From Glycera tridactyla (Eukaryota), in NCBI GenBank assembly GCA_965644265.1, contig OZ286460.1, forward strand, positions 89,094,001 through 89,158,000: a stretch of 64,000 bases of DNA, in the 5' to 3' direction. The notes beneath the pieces were generated by a model that did no database searches, was not told where the DNA came from, and was given only the letters and a program-made list of their open reading frames with translations. Shown here one piece after another: positions 51,501-64,000 of this stretch; positions within the stretch are counted from its first letter, which is position 1; the number at the start of each line of letters is the position of its first letter. The position numbers were made by a program, and so were the translations under genes.

Positions 51501-54500
51501 TATCATAGTTTGGACAGTCATTTTTAGATTGTAGTACACTTTGCATCATTTCAAGGTTATGGTAGGAAAATTTATAGCTGTGGTTCGAATTTCATTCCGG
51601 GTACAAAACTTGCATTTCGACAAATCATCTGGGCCATTGCACGAGAATGTAGAGGAAAAATTGATAGATAAGCAGTTTGTTGGTCATAAGTTCTTTTGGG
51701 GAAAGCATAGCTGATGAAATGGAAAAATGTGCAGAAAAATGTGCAGAATGAGCAAATACACCCCCAGCCTCATGCACACATCCTCGACCACTCCCCCCCC
51801 CCCCAATGGTTTGGACCTCACACCTCAAACATAGTTTCAAGTCTCCTTTGATATTTCAGCATTCATTAGACTGTTGTGTCATATTGATGTCACATCATTG
51901 TAGGATTATACTGTAGTTACATTCCGGCAGGATACATTAGTTCAATTGACTGTCATTTACTGGGGCGGTAAGGAGCAGAGAGCTTTATTTAAGAGAGGGT
52001 TGCCACTAAGATGTGGTTATTTGCAGATGCCCATGGTGAACGTCGTCACCCTACCAACCACGGTTGGATTTTTTCAAATACCTTCTTCGGTGCGTAAATC
52101 AGGTCCCCGATTGTTGTATGTGTTCACAACACCATGATAGACATTTAATATTCTAGAAGATGGCGCCATGACATTAGTGATTCCACCTCACATGGAGCCA
52201 GCAGTCTTTCACAATTCTTATAATGGATATGATTTCTTCACCATATTCATTGGTGCACTCCCACTGCATGACTGCACATCACGTGGTTACTTCATGTTGC
52301 AAGTATGGGTTACTGACTAGGCAGACCATGTTAGCATTAGCCATTGGCCAGTCTGCCATGGGCTAAAACATTTCTCATCTGGCTGACAAAATTGCAAAGA
52401 CTTCAGTCAAACCGGCTATAGCAGATATTGTTTGAGCATGATCGGGATCTTCTTATACAGCTCATGTAGTCATGAGAAATCTGTGGTTTATGTATGATTT
52501 TGGGCCTGAGAGACAGATTTCGCATGTCTGGATCTGGATTCATCATTTTGGGATAAAAGTAAGAGCCACTTTAAATGGATTAGTGCTTATTGATAATAAG
52601 AGGCAGTGTGTTCATGCTTATCACAGGATCATGCTTGTTGAAACAAGAGATATGGTACTACTGTGGATCTGCGAATTTTCAAGTTCATTAGTTCCTATTC
52701 CTCAGCTTCATTCACATGGCATTTTTCAGCCTAAATTTGCAACAACAAAAATAGCCCTACTCTGAGTACCCTCAATGTGTGACTGCCTGACAAACGAACA
52801 ACCAGTCTCTTCATTGCCAGATATTTTTTACTGTAATTGAACTCTATTCTTGCACCCACTGATGGGCAAGTAATGCAATGGAAGCAGTCTAGGAATTGGC
52901 TGTGATCAGCTGAAGGGAGAGTATCAGCTCGACAATACATGTAGTATACATAAATAAATATTTTCTTTTATTTGCCAAGCTTTTGTGTTTGTATCATGCC
53001 CTCATACTTGAGTGACTCTTAATAATCGAGCGCTGTTGATATTAACCTTATGACATGAACATACCTGTAATGCAAATTTCGTCAATGGGGCACAAATTTA
53101 TTTCGGCCTTCATCTCCAAAGTGGGGAGGATGAAAGCCCCACTACAACTGCCAGGGATAGTTCATGATGGTCATGCATTTGCCTGTACATGCAGGGCAGG
53201 CCTTCTAAGGGAATCTCGAACCACATCCTCGAATAAATGCGCTCTGTTTGCCAATAGGTATGATATATATGCACTTTTTGAATGGTGCCATTTTCTTTTC
53301 CCACATCAACAACAAGGCTGAGACACTTTGGTTGGATGATGACTATTCATTATCGTTTTGTAACTTCACTTATTTCACCAGTGTGGTCAGGACCTCTGAT
53401 GAGTCCTGTATTGTATGAGTATAATTTTGCCTCTTGTTCTGTCTTGTATAACCTATTCTGCCCAGTGATTTGGGGTGGTCTCTTAAATGTTTTTATTTTA
53501 CTGCATTCAGTATGTTATTATAGAATGATATCAGACAGCATTGGAGAGTGTTCTGTGTTTATTCGATACGAGATTGACTCATATTTGCAAAGCAGCACCA
53601 TCAATTGATATAAACTCATATGAAAAGGGTGGTATCCAGGGCTCTGCTAAGGTCAGCCCTAGTTGCACATATTGGTAGATTGAGCGAAAGGACAGCAGAT
53701 ATATGAACATTATTTAGTCGTCATGCAGGAAGGCGGGTGAAAGTTCCTCCTCACCTGCCCAAAGAAGAACTGGAGGAAAAGGTAATGTAGATCCCTGCTA
53801 CTTCTACTCTGATACTCCAGCAGGGCTGTAACAGGCATCTAGTGCTGGACGCAAAAATTGCTCGTGGACATGCTATAGATTAATTGCAACGGGGTATTGC
53901 AGATGGAGTATTGGAGCATGTCACATATCTTGTCGAGTTTGGGCCCCTTTTACAGGGAATTAAATGCCACAATAACTCCCAAATCATGGAGAGGGCTGCA
54001 TTTACTGCAAACTGAATGAACCCATTTTGAAAGTTGTGGAGAAATGCCTCATATCTCATCAATCTCTACCTTAACTTTCAGGTCACAATAGTAATGTTAC
54101 GAGTGTAGGTTGGAGTCATGATAGCAAGTGGATTCTCACTTCTTGCGATGATCGCACGGCTAATCTGTGGTCACTCGGAATCCCTGACCCTGTCATGACC
54201 TTTGGAACTGTCAATGACAACTTTGGTGTTGATAAAGAAGGTGGTCTCAAACCAACCAAGGTAAGTCAATACTTTACTCCTAAGATTCTCATGCCAATCT
54301 CAGATGGAACTTTAGGAGAACCTGTGTGATAATTTTTCTTGTGCATTTCCTCAGAAATATGCCATCACTGCATGAGAAAAGCCAATTAAATTTCCGTTCT
54401 GCAGTCCTCAAGTACTAAAACACTTGATCATCAAGTCACTGATTCTTGACATCTATTCTATCCATCTGATATTTCCCTTCTTGGGATTTCCATAGATGTT

Positions 54501-56543
54501 TGATGATTATCGTAATAGATTGCCATCATGTATCAAACTTTTCTCCTATACTTGTGTGCTCATGTACCTTTCCTATGTTCCATAAATGTGTCATCATTGT
54601 CAGCTGCTTGCAGTTGTGCCTCAGTTTATGTCATTGGCTAAACTCTGCATTTGGAAACTTGCAGTAGATTATACAGTCCAGATATCCATTGCATGTGAAG
54701 TATTTGTGATTGGAATGTAGAAAATAATCCTTGTTTTATTTTATTTTTCAGGAGAATCCAGCATTTACCAAACCAGTTCGCTTTGCACAGTTCTACTACA
54801 TGGATAAATTCATATTGTTGACATGTGGCAATACGTTCAACTTGTACAAATTCCACATGGACTCATCCAAGTCTGATATAAGAAGGTGATTACTGTGGGA
54901 GTTGAGGGTGTCAACATCCATATTAGAGGCTCTTCCTATCTTGAAAAAACCACCTTTGAATATTATTAAAAGATGTATTATGGATGAATGATAAATGCAT
55001 TGATATCGCACAAGTATCGCATAGTTGATCACATTCACAGGCTTCTTAGTGAACCTATATTTCCCTATGTGATCCCGTGATACTGGTATGTTCAGGTCGT
55101 ATTATATTGTTAACTCATATGCCAGACAGACAGGTATACCACTACAGCGAATGCTATGATTGTAGGGAAACTTTACCATTTACTTAATAGAGAGCCATTG
55201 ATAGTGGTGAGTACTCAAGTACTGCCAGTATACAGTGAAATCTGTCTATGGAGACTACTGGGGAACTTTGTAGGAAGGTGGACTTGTATCAAGGTGGCCT
55301 ATGAGCAGGTTCAACTGTACATCTAATTGCCACTATCCATCATTCTCAAACTGTATCTTTAACCAGTCGATTGTGGTTTGTCTCGATCTTTTGAATTGAT
55401 CACCATCAAAATAAATGATAATTCTGTAATTAATGTGTCTGAATTGCTCCTGGCATGTGCTTTACCATAATGATCATTTCTTGAGTTGAAGGTTTGAACT
55501 GCTGTGTCAGGTATCAGGGGCAATTCTACAGTTGATGATCACCATCATTGATTACTATCACTTGCTGCATATACACAGTCAAACCTGTCAACAAGGTCAA
55601 CCATTGGTTGCATAGATAAGTGACCCTTGTCGAGATGTCATTCATTGAATAGAATACTTTGATGGTGACATTGTTCCAATGTAGGGTAGATAATGTTCAT
55701 CATGGATAGTCTTGGAACCAAGAACAAGATATTTGCAGTTATTTATTTGCTCCTCATTGCAGGTACTTGACAAACAACCGGTATAAATTAGTGCGCTCCT
55801 TACAGTTGCAGCAAGCTCAACAGATCACTGCATTCTCCGCCATCAATGGATTTTTCTCATGTATCCTTTTTGCATTTTCATGTTCAATGTCTTGTACAGG
55901 ATTTGAAACATTCTTTAATATGAGTGTGTTTGTTGAAAGAATGTTAGCCATCTCAAGAAGTTAGCCATCTCAAACTTGAAGCACAAACTCTCGCAGAGTC
56001 TGACAAGACACCCATTGATTTGTGAGGTCATTGAGTGTGAAAAAGTATTGCTTTTGTTTATAAGTCTCATATTTCTCATTCACTTTTCCTGTGACAGGCA
56101 TTCACTCCATAGAGCAAGCCCACTCTCTAAATGCCTCTAGTTTCACATGAGAAATTGTGCTAGAGTCATATTGATGTAGGTGTGCTAAACTACAAGTACA
56201 TGATGGAGAGAGAGGGGATGATATTGTAAAAATTGTTCACCCAAAGATGGATTGTTTCAAGGTTGTTCATCAAAAGAGGATGTCAGGAATCAAACCCCAG
56301 ATATTCTTTCGATATCTTCAACTTTTAATTGGGACACAAAATGACAGCCAAGTCAGCTGTGCCCTATGTGCTTTTTGTAGTGGTTTTCCTCAACTCTGAT
56401 AGATATTGTATTATGTGCTGGCTCAAATAAGACACTTGAAGTGTTTGATATGAATGTGGGAAGGAGTATACGTACCATGGTTGATGTTCACACAAAGCCA
56501 ACACATGTTATCTGTCAAAATCAGGTTAGTAGAGATGCTGATT

Positions 56544-56632
<89 letters not shown>

Positions 56633-59600
56633 GGTGTTCAAAATTTGGAGGTTATTGAAGACAGTAGTGAAATTGATGGGTAGGGAGGTGCCAAATAATT
56701 CAGAATGCAGGCGTGTTATCCATTTTGTCCACCCTTCATTCAAATGGAATAGCCATTTTGCATTCAATCTTGGATGAAAGAAATCAATGGTCTGAAAGTC
56801 CTCTTATTTTTCAGGGATCACCGTATGTTAGTCATCCACCTAGTGCCTATGATTTGTTTGTAACCTCCGCAGCAGGGGACTGCATCAAACTGTGGGATCT
56901 GCGATCCAATAGGTCAGTGCTCATGTTTTTATTTGAACAAATTGTACTTGTCAACCATAGGCTATTCTTCAGTAATATCTTTTCAAGCAGCATTGGTCAT
57001 TCATCCTTCTGAATTCCCCCCTTGTTATACCATTTCGCAAGTTGGGGCATGTTAGGAATGGCTTTCAATCTTTTAGGTTCATGGGGACCATGAATCTTGA
57101 AATTATGCCAAGCTTTTCATTGCCCTCCAATAGACCTTGGGGGATATAGAAATTGTATGCGTCTGTCAGTTCATATGTCTGTCACACTTTCTTGGCTGTG
57201 CAACTCTACTCATTCCACATGCAATTTTCACCAAACTTTCACAAGATGGTCATCAAGTGCTGCATCGCATATTGTCAGGGTTTTGTGATTGAATACTTTT
57301 TGAAGGAGTTATTGTAACTTTGTTGGATTTGACGTGCAAATTATCACCCGTGGTGGGGATACATTGTCTGTGACAGCTTCTTGTATTAACTTACATTTCA
57401 TGATGAATTGCCAGTATATCCATGGTTTGTGATGAATTGATTTCACAGGTGTGTACATCGCTATGATGGCCATGCAAACCGTGTCTACCCATGCGGAGTG
57501 GCCATCAGTCCTTGCTCTCGCTTCATTGCTACTGGCTCGGAGGATCGATGTGTGAGTTCTTATTTGATCTTGATGATATTATATCTGTCATGTAGCTCTT
57601 TGAAAGAGTTCCACTAAGTTTCAGGACTGTTTTGAAGATTAGACTTCAAATGTAATCTGTCTTGCATATGTTGATAGCAGTAGTGGATATGTTGTACAAC
57701 TTGATGGGGTGCTGTTTCATGAGAGCTTCATGCAGTTATCCAGAAATCCAATCTCAAGAGGGATGATGTGCAGTGAATCCATATTCACGCTATCCTTGGA
57801 ATATGATTTGACATCTACAGCTGCAACTGTGACGGATGATATTTCGATTTTAAAGACGGTTTTAGAGGCATTGGTCTATCTTGCATTAGATAGGAGGTCA
57901 ACATGCAGTTTTGTGTCAGTGCATTTAGCTTGAGGTACAGTGAAACCTGCGACGAGACGGCTCTAAATGTCACCAAAAAGCGGTCTCTCAAAAGAGGTGG
58001 TCTCTCGTCGGAGGTATATCTGACTGTATCAAATAGAAAAGCTGCCCTAGAAAAGCGGTCTCCCGTCAGAGGTGGCCTCTCGTCGGGGGTCTCTCACCAC
58101 AGGTTTCACTGTAACTGAGCTTGTAGCCATACTGGGCAGTTCCTGACAGAAAATAAAAATTTCCAATCTCGGTCAAAGATTTATTTTATCAGTTATGTGG
58201 ACTTTCTGTTTCAGGCCTATATATTTGATATACGATCTGGAACCTATGTACACAAATTAACAGGTCATACCGATACCGTATGTGAGGTCGCGTATCACCC
58301 ACTTTATGCACAGGTAAGGCTGGCTCATTTTGAATCCCTTCCCTTTCAGTAAAATTGATTCCAACAAGATTACATGAATTATCAGGATCGAAATCCATTT
58401 TGATCATCAGTTGACTATCCCTGAATGAATCATCCCACCACCACAAATTTCATCGATTTTGGTGTAATACCGGATAGTTACTTACAGTAAAACCTGCTCG
58501 AGTGAAAACCTGTGCTAGGTGAAATCCTGCCTTAAGCACATACGCCACGGACCGACCAACTGTTTTTTCACTATAATTGTCCTGGATTAGGCAAAATCCT
58601 GTCTAACCTGAACAATGAAACACCATTTTTGGTCCCGCGGTGCCTTCCATCCTGTCATAAGTGAAGAGTGAAGATGAGATCAGCTCAATTGTGAGCAGTT
58701 CTACATTGCTTATTGCAGATAATCGCTACCATTTAGGCCAGTGGCTGGTCACGTTAGAGAGGTGATCGCTTGTCACAGGTCATTTAAGAAGTATTTGGTA
58801 TTTTGGCAAAAAGTGATCGTTCAAGAGAGGTGATTGCTCATGACAGGTTTCACTATATTTCTTATCCATATCAGACAAACAGTAGTGAAATCCTGTGCTA
58901 AGTGAAATCCTGTCTTAAGTGAAAACATTTTTTGGTCCCGTGACTTTTCACTTAAGACAGGTTTTACTGTATTTTGCAAAAGATTTCAACACTTTTTACA
59001 CACTGATATGCCCCATAATTAATCATCCTTTTCTGCATACCACTTCATTATAAACACTACCACCTTGTAAATGATGACTGCACGGGACAGATTATTTAGC
59101 TTTCATTGACCAGGAACACAGCCTGCGTAATCCTCTGGGTCGATACATCCAGTTAAATCCCAAACAAACAAACAGTATTTGTCGGAATTGAAGTTATTTC
59201 CTTATCTTGTCCACCCAAGGTTTCTGGAAATTCCACACCAAATCATTCAATGATTGCTTGTAAAGTAGATTCTTTGAATAGATTTATCGGGTCGGAAACA
59301 TTCATTTGTGTGGGAATGTTCTCAAAACTTAACCAAATTACTCAATGATTGCTTGTGTAGTGGATATTTCCATAATGTTGTACATGAAATAATTTCTGTG
59401 GCTACCATTTCTAGGGGTCTGGGTTCTAATGTACCATATACATGTAATGTAATCAAGAGTCAGTTGACTAACCTTACTCCCAAGTTTCACTATGTGTCGA
59501 ACAGAAATGGTGACAACATCCATGTAATTGGGTCAAATCATCCACGTCCACAGTGACGGAAGTCGTTCCTCCAACTTTTATACACTCAGAACCAAGTGTA

Positions 59601-59919
59601 GAATTATTTTCATTGTCAGATGCAAATTCTCCCCAAAATTTCAGAATTCTGAAAATTCCAAGGTGATTTGTGATTCATAAGTTGAAGCATGGCGTCAAAT
59701 TGTGGGACAGATACTTTTGAGGAATATTTATAGATGTTAATGTAGTTTAAAAAAATTCCACTTATTACAGAAAATTTACCGTCATCATATTGTCTTCACT
59801 GCTTTTTCATAGCTCTAATGGGGATTTGTCTACTTATATGATTGATTGAATTTCCTTTTGTCTTTCAGCTCCTAACAGCTACCGTTGATGGTAAATTGCG
59901 GTTATTCACAGAGAAGTAG
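36195..59919 (+). CDS. WDR27: WD repeat-containing protein 27, 23 coding exons, 911 aa
   Basis: Exons: 36195-36335, 37410-37551, 38520-38644, 39649-39762, 40193-40315, 40956-41085, 42250-42457, 43579-43682, 45039-45133, 46961-47154, 47667-47761, 48924-49026, 49753-49830, 50502-50611, 50968-51057, 54082-54260, 54752-54885, 55763-55860, 56403-56524, 56815-56912, 57449-57551, 58215-58313, 59869-59919. Total 2736 nt, phase-consistent, ends TAG. Peptides match WDR27 as I recall it: GHRQAISAVSF, SASEDRTFKVWD, DQPVVFRDKVKSSGY, TMFQPKTN, AQFYYMDKFILL, AYDLFVTSAAGDCIKLWDLR, GHTDTVCEVAYHP, LLTATVDGKLRLF. Confidence 0.92.
39190..39637 (-). mobile_element. 5' portion of a HINE-like element (G-rich on plus strand) abutting the WDR27 exon-4 acceptor
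   Basis: Reverse-complement match to 6659-6912; contains (CA)n at 39549-39596. Confidence 0.72.
41128..41465. repeat. 112-bp tandem repeat, about 3 copies
   Basis: GGCATGGTCTGTCTC at 41160, 41273 and 41385. Confidence 0.9.
41509..41686 (+). mobile_element. Family-A-related TA-TSD MITE
   Basis: TA-CAGTAAAACCTGTC...GACAGGTCTCACTG-TA; closely similar to 48416-48593. Confidence 0.85.
44160..44352. mobile_element. Family-C TA-TSD MITE
   Basis: TA-CAGTCGAACCTC...GAGGTTCGACTG-TA. Confidence 0.85.
45180..46241 (-). mobile_element. Helentron-associated (HINE/DINE-1-like) non-autonomous element
   Basis: Read on the minus strand: AACAAGGC start; 11-bp subterminal inverted repeats TGGCACGCATG (45184-45194 and 46210-46220); TGACCTTG repeats; G/C-rich tract; (GGCCGGAC)n microsatellite at about 45235-45285; terminal stem-loop CACGCAT..ATGCGTG; T/A-rich flanks with no TSD. 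Confidence 0.72.
47984..48297. repeat. 156-bp tandem duplication (period 158)
   Basis: 47984-48139 and 48142-48297 appear identical. Confidence 0.92.
48416..48593 (+). mobile_element. Family-A-related TA-TSD MITE
   Basis: TA-CAGTAAAACCTGTC...GACAGGTTTCACTG-TA. Confidence 0.85.
51112..51271. mobile_element. Family-C TA-TSD MITE (opposite orientation)
   Basis: TA-CAGTTGAACCTC...GAGGTTTGACTG-TA; interior is the reverse complement of 23048-23224. Confidence 0.8.
55861..56402 (+). other. U12-type (minor spliceosome) GT-AG intron in WDR27
   Basis: 5' splice site GTATCCTTTT (U12 consensus RTATCCTTT). Branch-site TTTTCCTCAAC at 56384-56394, 8 nt before the AG. No polypyrimidine tract. The join T|AT restores the frame ...GFFS-Y-IVLCAGSNK. 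Confidence 0.88.
56546..56627. repeat. Compound (TG)n(AG)n microsatellite
   Basis: Seen directly; starts about 21 nt after the donor at 56524. Confidence 0.95.
57938..58111 (+). mobile_element. Family-A TA-TSD MITE
   Basis: TA-CAGTGAAACCTG...CAGGTTTCACTG-TA; highly similar to 16097-16273. Confidence 0.87.
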
Positions 59920-62900
59920 CATCACACGTTCAAGTACTGTGTAGTGCTTTGGGCCAAACTAGGATATTACTGTGTTCACTAGTGTGCTGTAGCATGTTGT
60001 GGTACAGACTTGAGCTGTCATTTCATGCAATAGCTTTGCTGTGATAATGATCAAGACGGGCTGGATACAAAGAAAGTCATGCAACGAGCCAACTCTAGAT
60101 GCCCAAGAAATGTTCTCACCGGGCCAGTGGTTTGCGCAAGGAATGTTAGGGATGTGATCGTTCTGTGAATCCATGGGTCTCCATGTCCTTGAGGGCATAT
60201 TTATCCAGAGATTGAAAAGGGCAATGCATGCTAAATATTTTGTATCTTGATAAGTGGACTGTAACTAGTGGAGAAAGAGCAATGTGTTTGTGGATGGGTC
60301 GATAGTTTGGCCTGTGGTTAGAGCTTTGGTCCCCTGAGGAACCCTCTGGTTGCGAATATATCAACTCATCTGCCAACATTTGTGAAGACGCTACTCCGTT
60401 TCTAAAACAGGGCGGTGCAATTTAGTGGTTAATTCCTCAATTGGAGGCTTCTACCGTCAGGGGTCGGTCGTGTCTGGAGACAAACTCTGTGCATAGACGT
60501 TGACACTAAATACCAACTATGCAAAAATCAATCCTCAGTAGAGACGAATGCATAGAAAGTGTATAAGACCCACTATGTAATAAGAGACAAATAATATACT
60601 CTGTAATGGAGTTTATACATTGTCTCAGGATGTGTTGAACGTTTGGCCTACAGTTAGGGCTCAGGTCCCCTGAAGAACCCCCTGATTGTGGTTATATCCA
60701 CACATCTGCCATTTTGATGGCCTTAAGTCATCCTACTTCGTAGCCTGCAGTTGTTGAGCAACCCTTTAAGGTGCCTGCTCTGTCAATCTCTTTCAATCGC
60801 TGCTTTTGTCTCTGAAGATGAGGCACCAGAATGTTGGGAACAATATCTATATGGTGATGAGGGCATAGTACGAATATGAAAGCTATCTATAAAGTCACTC
60901 ATATGTTGGTGAGCATGACTGGCTATTATGAGTGTTGTTCTGTGAATAACTGTCCTTGAGGTTTATGTATATCTAGTCACGCCTGTATACATGTATATGC
61001 AGCATTGTTTATCTATATGTGTCATAGAATGAAGGTCCAGCTGAGATGCACTGTCTGTTCTAGCCACTCAAGTGAATTTTATGAGACAGCCTTTTACTTG
61101 TGATTTTGTACACAGTGAGTAATAGATGACAATAATGATGATGATAATAATAATGATAAAAGAAATAGTTGTGATAATAATACTACTAATGATGATGATA
61201 TTGTCACTGTTGCTGTCTCATTTTACACATAACTGTATTTGGCCCATTCAATTAATAGGTTATAGGCAATCTCAATTGGCTTTTGCCAACACCTGCACCA
61301 TTTATGAGTGCACTATTTATACTACAGTATTCTCCCCACGACTTCGTTATGAATCTCAGATTGGTCTGTGTTGATGTCTATACATGTATGATGTTCCCGT
61401 GACTAGTGCTTGTCCCGTTATGATTCCATGTTAATATCGCCACTTCAGAGGTAATGAAATTGGATGGTTCTTTTTTGGGATTGCAGTATGCTTGCGTTCT
61501 CTTCACATGTGGTCTCTGATCTGTGGGTCTCTCAATGCAGACTGTATTATGACCAACTAACTTCTGACATGTCACATATTCTGTTCACATATTGTTCATG
61601 AGTAAAATGTCTTCATTAGGCCTACTGTCTTGACTAGTGAGCCGGACATTTCTACATCACCCTAACTTATATGTTGTCATGCCTGTTTGCAGCCATTATC
61701 ATTGTTTACTGCATGAATTTCCTCATGAAGATATTTCTGCCCATGAAAAGTTTAGCATCCTTCCGTGAATGTCTAACCATTAGTTGCCAGGTCATAGCTT
61801 GTTACATGGCACTTATCATCTATCTGGTGATTGCTACTTTCTGTGTACGTGTGATCAAAATACATTCCTGTTTACTTGCATTTCAACATGGTGCCATCTG
61901 TGTAGCCCTCAGCTGTGATATTATCGGGACACTCATACTCACATTCCCACAATCTTGGCCCTGTACTGCATATTCTTTGTTGCTGGGATAAATGTTTTTA
62001 CACAGTTTTCTTTGTATAATTATATATTTACTGAAAGATGCATGGTGATCATTCAACATTCCATCTGGAAACGGAGTATCCTATAGAAAATACCAGCCAA
62101 ATGTGAGATGGTTTTCTCATCTCAAGTGGCCCAAATTGGCCCCAAAGTTCCCCCCCCCCCCCCGCTTGAAAAACGTACACAGGGGAATATGGCTCAGGTT
62201 GTGTACTGGGTGGGTGCTTTCAAATGTATGTAAGGGTATTCATAGGAAATCAGTAATTCAGAAAATGGTTTTATTATCCCAGTGACATCAGTGAATTTCC
62301 TAAGACACTCATCTATCATTGCTCCTATCTCGAATTCTGGTTCTGCTGATTTTTGTCTTCCATTTATCTACCTGTCATGCAATGATCATTGTTTTTTGCT
62401 CATTTGATTGGCTATTCAATGTCCTAACGATGATCTTTTAAGTTCATTTCTATCCTTTGATGATGTGGTAGCTCTGACAGCTTAGGCAGGTGATACATAT
62501 GAGTTTATTGTATGGAAGCTGAGTAGTCTGTACTCAGTCATAGGTCTCCCATCATTCTACTCGGCTTTTCCTGTATGACCTCCATATTTTGTCTTTTTTT
62601 CAGACTCATGGTAGCTGTGCAGAGTGACTATGAATATCAGTTTTTTTTTTCAGAGTATTTCTTGAGTGGCTCATTACATCCCTGCCAATTTGGTATTTCA
62701 TATTGCTAATCTAGTAATCTCGATTGCATGGATAGGGAATCTGGCAGTATTGTAGTGATACAATGACAGGATATGCTGAAGCCACTGGAACACTTATATG
62801 TCCAAAATGAACTCCTTACATTGGTATATGTGTATCACAAAACCTGATCTGACATTGTTTACCATGCATTGGAAGCAGTGTCACATAATTGCTATCAAGA

Positions 62901-64000
62901 ATCACCAAGCCTTTGTGGTTCATGATGTAACTGGAGTGATTTTCATGTGGATCTTGTCACCTTGGTGCTCTTGATCTGTTGATCTAATGATTTCATCATT
63001 GTTCAATAAGAACAATAACTTGTAAGTGATTTGGGAGAATTCTGCTGAGAAATTTTCTTCAATGGGTATATCACTTATAGTCTCCTTCAGCCACAATTTA
63101 TTTGACCAAATTTTGATTCTGCTGTCATATATATTGATGTTCCTCACTCAGGTTGGGTCACCTTTGTCCATATAACATTTTTTGGAATAAAATTGTTTTC
63201 ACAGCCATCCCACTTCGTTGTCTGTCAGATATTGTCTTTGAGATATTCTCCACCATTGCACTTGGTATAACATTCATAATTCTATGTTGGGATCTGGATT
63301 GTGGTCATTGAGACATCAGAAAATTATAGTGTTGACCTATGGGACAATGCTACTTTGTCTGTTACCTTTGTTGTTGGGTATGGGTTGTATATTCAAACAG
63401 TCTATTGTATTTGTGGGTCATTCGGAATAGCTTGAATGATGCACACCAGTCGATTATCGAGTCGGGCTACATTTTGTAAAAATGTGCTGATTTTGGAGAT
63501 AGGAGAATGCATTGGAGTGAGCATTCTTTTTGGGAACAAGACCCCAATTTTGAAACGGTACTCAGATAGAAGCAATAAAAGAGCAGTATCTACATTGTCT
63601 TATAATCCAAAAACGTCTAGCTGGGAGTTCATCAAAAGTGTTGAAAATGTCCTGTATACCCTACTGAAAACCAGCTCTTGGCTTAGTGCTGGTTTTCCTG
63701 ATGCCCATTGCATGGGTGTCTCAATATAGCCCACCTGTTGCTCGTGGGATATCTAACAAACGACTATGATGTCGTATATGACAGTTTGAATACCAAAATA
63801 TCCACAAATTGGGGTGGAAGTGTCAAATCAGCAGCTTTTGGAAGCATATGAGGGTATTTTCAAGAAATTTGCCCGGTTTCTGGAATTCTTATTGCAGTCA
63901 TGCAGTATCACTGTTCATGTAGGGCAGCGACCCAACAAAGCTGCTGGAGGATGATAATCCATTCCTCATTAAAAAATGTTTTCAAGTTGTATCTAAAGAT

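Noticed and set aside
62920-63729. 75- and 97-aa ORFs near the window end
   Set aside because: AT-rich, with no motifs or consistent splice signals.

Overview
Eukaryotic, intron-rich animal genomic DNA (invertebrate-like; species not determined) with six N gaps. I reconstructed two spliced genes by hand, oriented head-to-head. TRPT1 (tRNA 2'-phosphotransferase, minus strand) has 7 coding exons over 14947-24286; its last exon is unresolved. WDR27 (plus strand) has 23 coding exons over 36195-59919, encodes 911 aa and contains one U12-type intron. Between them lies a full-length, young I-group (I/Nimb-like) LINE at 25862-33879, with a 12-bp TSD, Gag-like ORF1 and an intact APE-RT-RNaseH-CCHC ORF2. 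A 1737-bp TIR DNA transposon interrupts the LINE exactly at the ORF1 stop codon. Main finding: removing that insertion restores the ORF1 stop (GAG ATA TAA) and fuses ORF2 to a stop-free -1 frame overprinted on almost all of ORF1, giving about 470 dual-coding codons. The rest of the window is dense with TA-TSD CAGT-terminus MITEs, a TTAA-TSD Kolobok-like element nested in a MITE, Helentron-associated (HINE-like) elements, SINE-like repeats, long hairpins, mini- and microsatellites. All coordinates and alignments were read by eye; no database searches were run.
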